NCBI RefSeq assembly: GCF_001186125.1
Contig: NW_014040556.1
Coordinates: forward strand, 47,295 to 86,870
Length of the DNA stretch: 39,576 nt
Direction of reading: 5' to 3'
Origin: Sphaeroforma arctica JP610
Taxonomy: Eukaryota
Shown here: piece after piece, positions 35,817-39,576 of the stretch
Position numbering within the stretch: the stretch's first letter is position 1
Layout of the letters: each line of letters starts with the position of its first letter
Translations under genes and position numbers: made by a program
The notes under the pieces: model-generated
What the model was told of the DNA's origin: nothing
The model's input: only the letters and a program-made list of their open reading frames with translations
The model's database searches: none

Positions 35817-36959
35817 TGTAGATAGACATAAGAACGTAAGTCAAGTTAATACATTAGCTAATATAAATAAAGTTCCATCTGAAGAAAAGTTATAAAAAAG
35901 AAAAATACTTATTGGATTTTGGAGATTGGCGGGAAGACCAAAACCTGTAAGTAGTAGTTCAGAGACTATAAAATTTAGTTTATAATATCCTACAACTACT
36001 ATTGTCTCAAATAGGTCCAAGTAAATGAGTCATACCAAATACTGTAAGTTTCGGTCTATTAAGGCGATATTAACGCCTTAAAGTAAATAAACGCTTAGGT
36101 TAAGTCTAAGTATATTAAAATTTAAAAATAAATAAACGAAAGGAGTCTTTTAGTAAAGTTAGGTATGCCTCGTGAAAACAGCAATACTCTGAGGGATTGT
36201 GAGGCTGAGACTTTGCCTATATATAATCCTCTCAGTACTGTTTTCGCCGCCGAAGGGGTTTTATTTAGTGTTTCGTTGTCGCTCTAATAGAAACTATGGT
36301 ATGTTTCGTTGGGGCGAATCCGAGAGACTCATAAAATCCTATCTTTAGAAGAAAAAAAAGAAAAGAAAAAGAAAAAGAAAAATACTCTTGATGTCCATAG
36401 TTATTGCATTAACCAATAACTTGCCACTTATCAAGAATTACCGACTTAGCCTTCCCCTAAACCCTAAACCCTAAAAACGGAGGATAAACTAAGCAACGCT
36501 ATTAGTCCCTAGAAACCTATGTTCGTTTGGGCCATCTCGCTACCGAAGTATTCAGATATAAATAGATTTGGAAGGTTAATATAGTTCTATTAATAGAACT
36601 AGACCAAATCTTATATTTCGTATTTTACTGGGACCTTTTAATGGCCTTGTCCAAATATCTGATATGTAAAATGGAAAAGGTATTTAATTAATAAAAACCG
36701 TTAAAAACCATTTAAGAGTTTACGTACTTTTAAGAGTACGTTTACGTACTATTAAGGGTACGTTTATATTACAAGATTCTAATGTGGAGGCCCGGGTTTT
36801 ACAATACGCAGGCTATTGGAGCCATCAAAGTGAATTTAGAACACTTTGTAAATAATGGAAAAAGAACTTGTATTAAATTATTTTAAATACAAATAAAAAC
36901 TAATGTGTTATCTTATTTGATCTTGATATTTTAGACTGACTGGAGGCCGTATTTCTACA
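35817..36959 (-). repeat. 5' LTR of the MTase-gypsy element (~378 bp once the nested solo LTR is removed)
   Basis: TGTAGA at 35817 and TCTACA ending at 36959; matches 27838-28167. Confidence 0.9.
36043..36803. mobile_element. Solo LTR (761 bp) nested in the 5' LTR
   Basis: TGTAA...TTACA termini; 4-bp target-site duplication ATAC (36039-36042 and 36804-36807); absent from the 3' LTR. Confidence 0.88.
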
Positions 36960-38603
36960 GCTCTATGTTGGTTAGCTTGTGGCGAGCCCGTGAGTCAAGG
37001 TAGCTGACGGTTGCTGTGCTCCTTCATCTAGTAATAGCTGAGATTCTGTTGAATGGTGGGGTGAGAGTTTACTTATAATCTTTGCCACTTGTTTAAAATG
37101 CACTTTACAAGGGAAATTGTTTTTATTGGTATATTGGCTACAAAATATTGTAAGATGGTCCGATGTATCGGTTGCAGTGAGTACAGTCCCTTGCTGTGGT
37201 AGTATACAATATGCGACAAGATTCTATACGAAGACCAGAGGGATGTCGGGTCGACCAACAGACGCAGCACTGAAATCGTCGAGCAGGCACTGTGCGTCAG
37301 ATGCGGTGTTCAGGGATAGCGTGTTAATCGATATATCATGCTGCTGTATTTTCGTGGTACTATGTATGTTGTTGGTTCCGACTATGATACTTCCGATCCA
37401 GGCCAGCCAACACATACCGAATTCATCCGTGGTCTGGTGCGGCATTGGCTTACCCTCATACTCGCTTCTCGACCGGATTATGCCGGATAACCTGGTTCTT
37501 CTCGGTATTTCGTACTGTGCACTAACCCATTCCACGGCACTACACGGCGCAGACCCGATCCGTACCACAGAGGTGGGTACTCTACTTAGTTGGTCAGCAA
37601 AGGAATATATGGAACATTCGATAGTAACAATGTTTTGTCAACACCGGCCCAAATTGACTCAACACATATCTTCCATTGTCGACTTACTTGGCCCAAGCTT
37701 CAAACGGGAATTTACTGACCACTTCTTCCCATCAATCTTTCCTGAACTACTACAGTGACTATGAGAGCCATACCATATGTTCATACATTGTATTATTCAT
37801 ACTTGCCATTTTTGAAATAAAGAATATTATCCTTATGTATGTAAGTGAGTATTGCCTCATATCTCTTTTATAGGAATAACAGGCGTGTTCTGTACTATGA
37901 TTCCCTGTTTATCATTTATTTGGTGTTCAAGCTTTGACCTGAGAGTTGATAGAATCAACTTTGCCAGAGCTACGTTTTTGACAGTGTATGGCCAGATGTT
38001 GTTCATGACCTTCTATTCTTCTATGTATAAGCAAGAATCTTGAATAGACGTGCTGGCAGATCGGCCTAAAATGGCAACTTTATTCTGTTCTTGATAAGCG
38101 ACGGGAAGACCGGGCAGAGAATGATCTCAAGTGTAATCAGAAGAGAATGTAGTACACTGTTTACAGTGAACGTGGCGAATTAATATCTCACAATGGTATA
38201 CTCATTCGCGGCGATAGCAAACTGCGATACTGCCATTTCAGTGGCAGGAGCTACGTATTCGAGCAGTGGACGAAGGTCAGAGGTATAGTCGGTGGCCGCG
38301 GCTAGGTAAAAGTCCGTCTTCCAGGTATCATACTTGGAGCCGGAGATATCTAGGATAGTCCCAAGTCCGCTTGCAGTGATCCTTGTCAATTGTGGATAAC
38401 ATTATGGGTGGTGTGGTGGTGGCAACTACAGGTCGATGAGTTATGAGGTAGGTTTCCGGGCGCTGGCTTCCGGGCGATGGGAAACGGTAGATCGGTGGGG
38501 TAGGTCGCTGTACCCAGAGGGGAAGTCTATCCTTCGTCTGGGGTGGGCACTTCAGCCTCAATCTATAGCACAAAGTCTTCCATCTATATTATCGCCCATA
38601 ACC
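36960..38603 (-). mobile_element. Ty1/copia relic (PBS, gag, start of protease), cut by the gypsy element and a LINE
   Basis: PBS GGTTATGGGC at 38594-38603; copia-gag-like ILDISGSKYDTWKTDF and AKLILSTL...KEI*; protease-like SYLDSRARHKLTN ends at the gypsy LTR. Confidence 0.65.
37370..37833 (+). mobile_element. 5'-truncated LINE copy with 9-bp target-site duplication
   Basis: TSD TATGTATGT at 37361-37369 and 37834-37842; shares its 3' end (AATAAA...TATCC) and reading frame with 34663-35167. Confidence 0.8.
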
Positions 38604-39440
38604 TATTTGGACAACTTATGAACAGAATTGATATCCTCTGTTTATATAACCTGTGGGGAAAATTGTGGGTGAAAAAAATTTGCACATCAACCGAAAAACC
38701 TAGTGCATAAGGATATTAAAATAAATAAATACGGAGGGGATCAGGGGAAGATTTTAACTCTGGGTCGTCACTCGTCTCTTGTTGGAGTCTTGCCGTTGTC
38801 ACTTGTCCCACTCTACATACAAATATTTGTTGTTTTTGTAAAAAATGTAAAGGAAAAACAAAATATTAAAAAAAACCACTCCCAAAAAAACAATACAAAA
38901 TATATTTTTTAAAACAAATAATGACCAACCTGATAAAACCCAGAGTCCAGTAAAAATCTGGGATCCAAGTATTTATATAAAAAAATATGTGCAAGAAAAC
39001 GAATATAATGCTTTATTAGGTGCACTTCCGGTTTCACCTTCCTCCGCCTCGGCAGTTCCTAATGAGGGTATAAATTCATTTTCTATAAATACTTTGAGCG
39101 GGATACATACGATCACATGCACGATGATACCATTCTTTTATAAATTACTAACATCGCATCACCCTAAAGAAAATAAGGATAGAAGTGACCGACAGCAGAA
39201 ACTGTTCTTTGATGGAAAGATAGCAGTATGATGGCGGCACGATATGTGCGATACTTCATAATTCTTACAATCTTGCTGGGATCATACATCATAGGTGCGC
39301 ATACTGTGTGCTTCAATGATACAGAATTGGCAATATAATCGTGTTGGAAGATTTTAAATGCACGCAGTTGTTTTAATAGTTGTATTTGATGTAAAATATT
39401 GGTTGATTTGATGTAAAATATTGTATGATTCGAAAACACG

Positions 39441-39575
39441 TGTACACACACAACACACACACATACACATACACGCACACATACACACACACGCACACAT
39501 ACACACACACACACAACACACACACACACACACACGCACACATACACACACACACATACACATACACACACACAC
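39441..39575. repeat. (CA)n microsatellite
   Basis: Directly visible. Confidence 0.95.
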
Positions 39576-39576
39576 A

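Larger units (their letters stand above)
27838..36959 (-). mobile_element. Ty3/gypsy LTR retrotransposon carrying a DNA amino-methyltransferase domain (gag-PR-RT-RH-MT-linker-INT-chromodomain); pseudogenised
   Basis: Two LTRs (27838-28167, truncated; 35817-36959, containing an insertion) with TGTAGA...TCTACA termini and ~20 differences over ~330 bp by eye. A G-run (GGGGGCTA) precedes the 3' LTR. Pol order is PR-RT-RH-INT. Confidence 0.93.

Overview
Draft-assembly DNA (several N gaps) from a eukaryote with compact, intron-containing genes; the organism cannot be determined from the sequence alone. Bases ~1-12 kb hold host genes: an exon of a Lys/Arg/Ser-rich gene running off the left end (-), a 7-exon DDT/WHIM chromatin-remodelling subunit (+), a multi-exon CorA/ALR1-type Mg2+ transporter (-) and a 2-exon HSPA14/Ssz1-type atypical Hsp70 (-). 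From ~15 kb to the end is a nest of decayed retroelements: a LINE RT relic split by a (TA)n tract, a plus-strand LTR/leader/gag relic, a minus-strand Ty3/gypsy relic with a copia-style half-tRNAiMet primer site, a copia relic, two 3' fragments of another LINE and a solo LTR. The most striking feature is a ~9.1 kb Ty3/gypsy LTR retrotransposon (27838-36959, minus strand) with the order gag-PR-RT-RNaseH-[DNA amino-methyltransferase, NPPW motif intact]-helical linker-DDE integrase-chromodomain. The methyltransferase resembles the MT domain of DIRS (tyrosine-recombinase) elements but sits in a DDE-integrase LTR element. This copy is pseudogenised. All domain calls come from manual motif recognition, not database searches.
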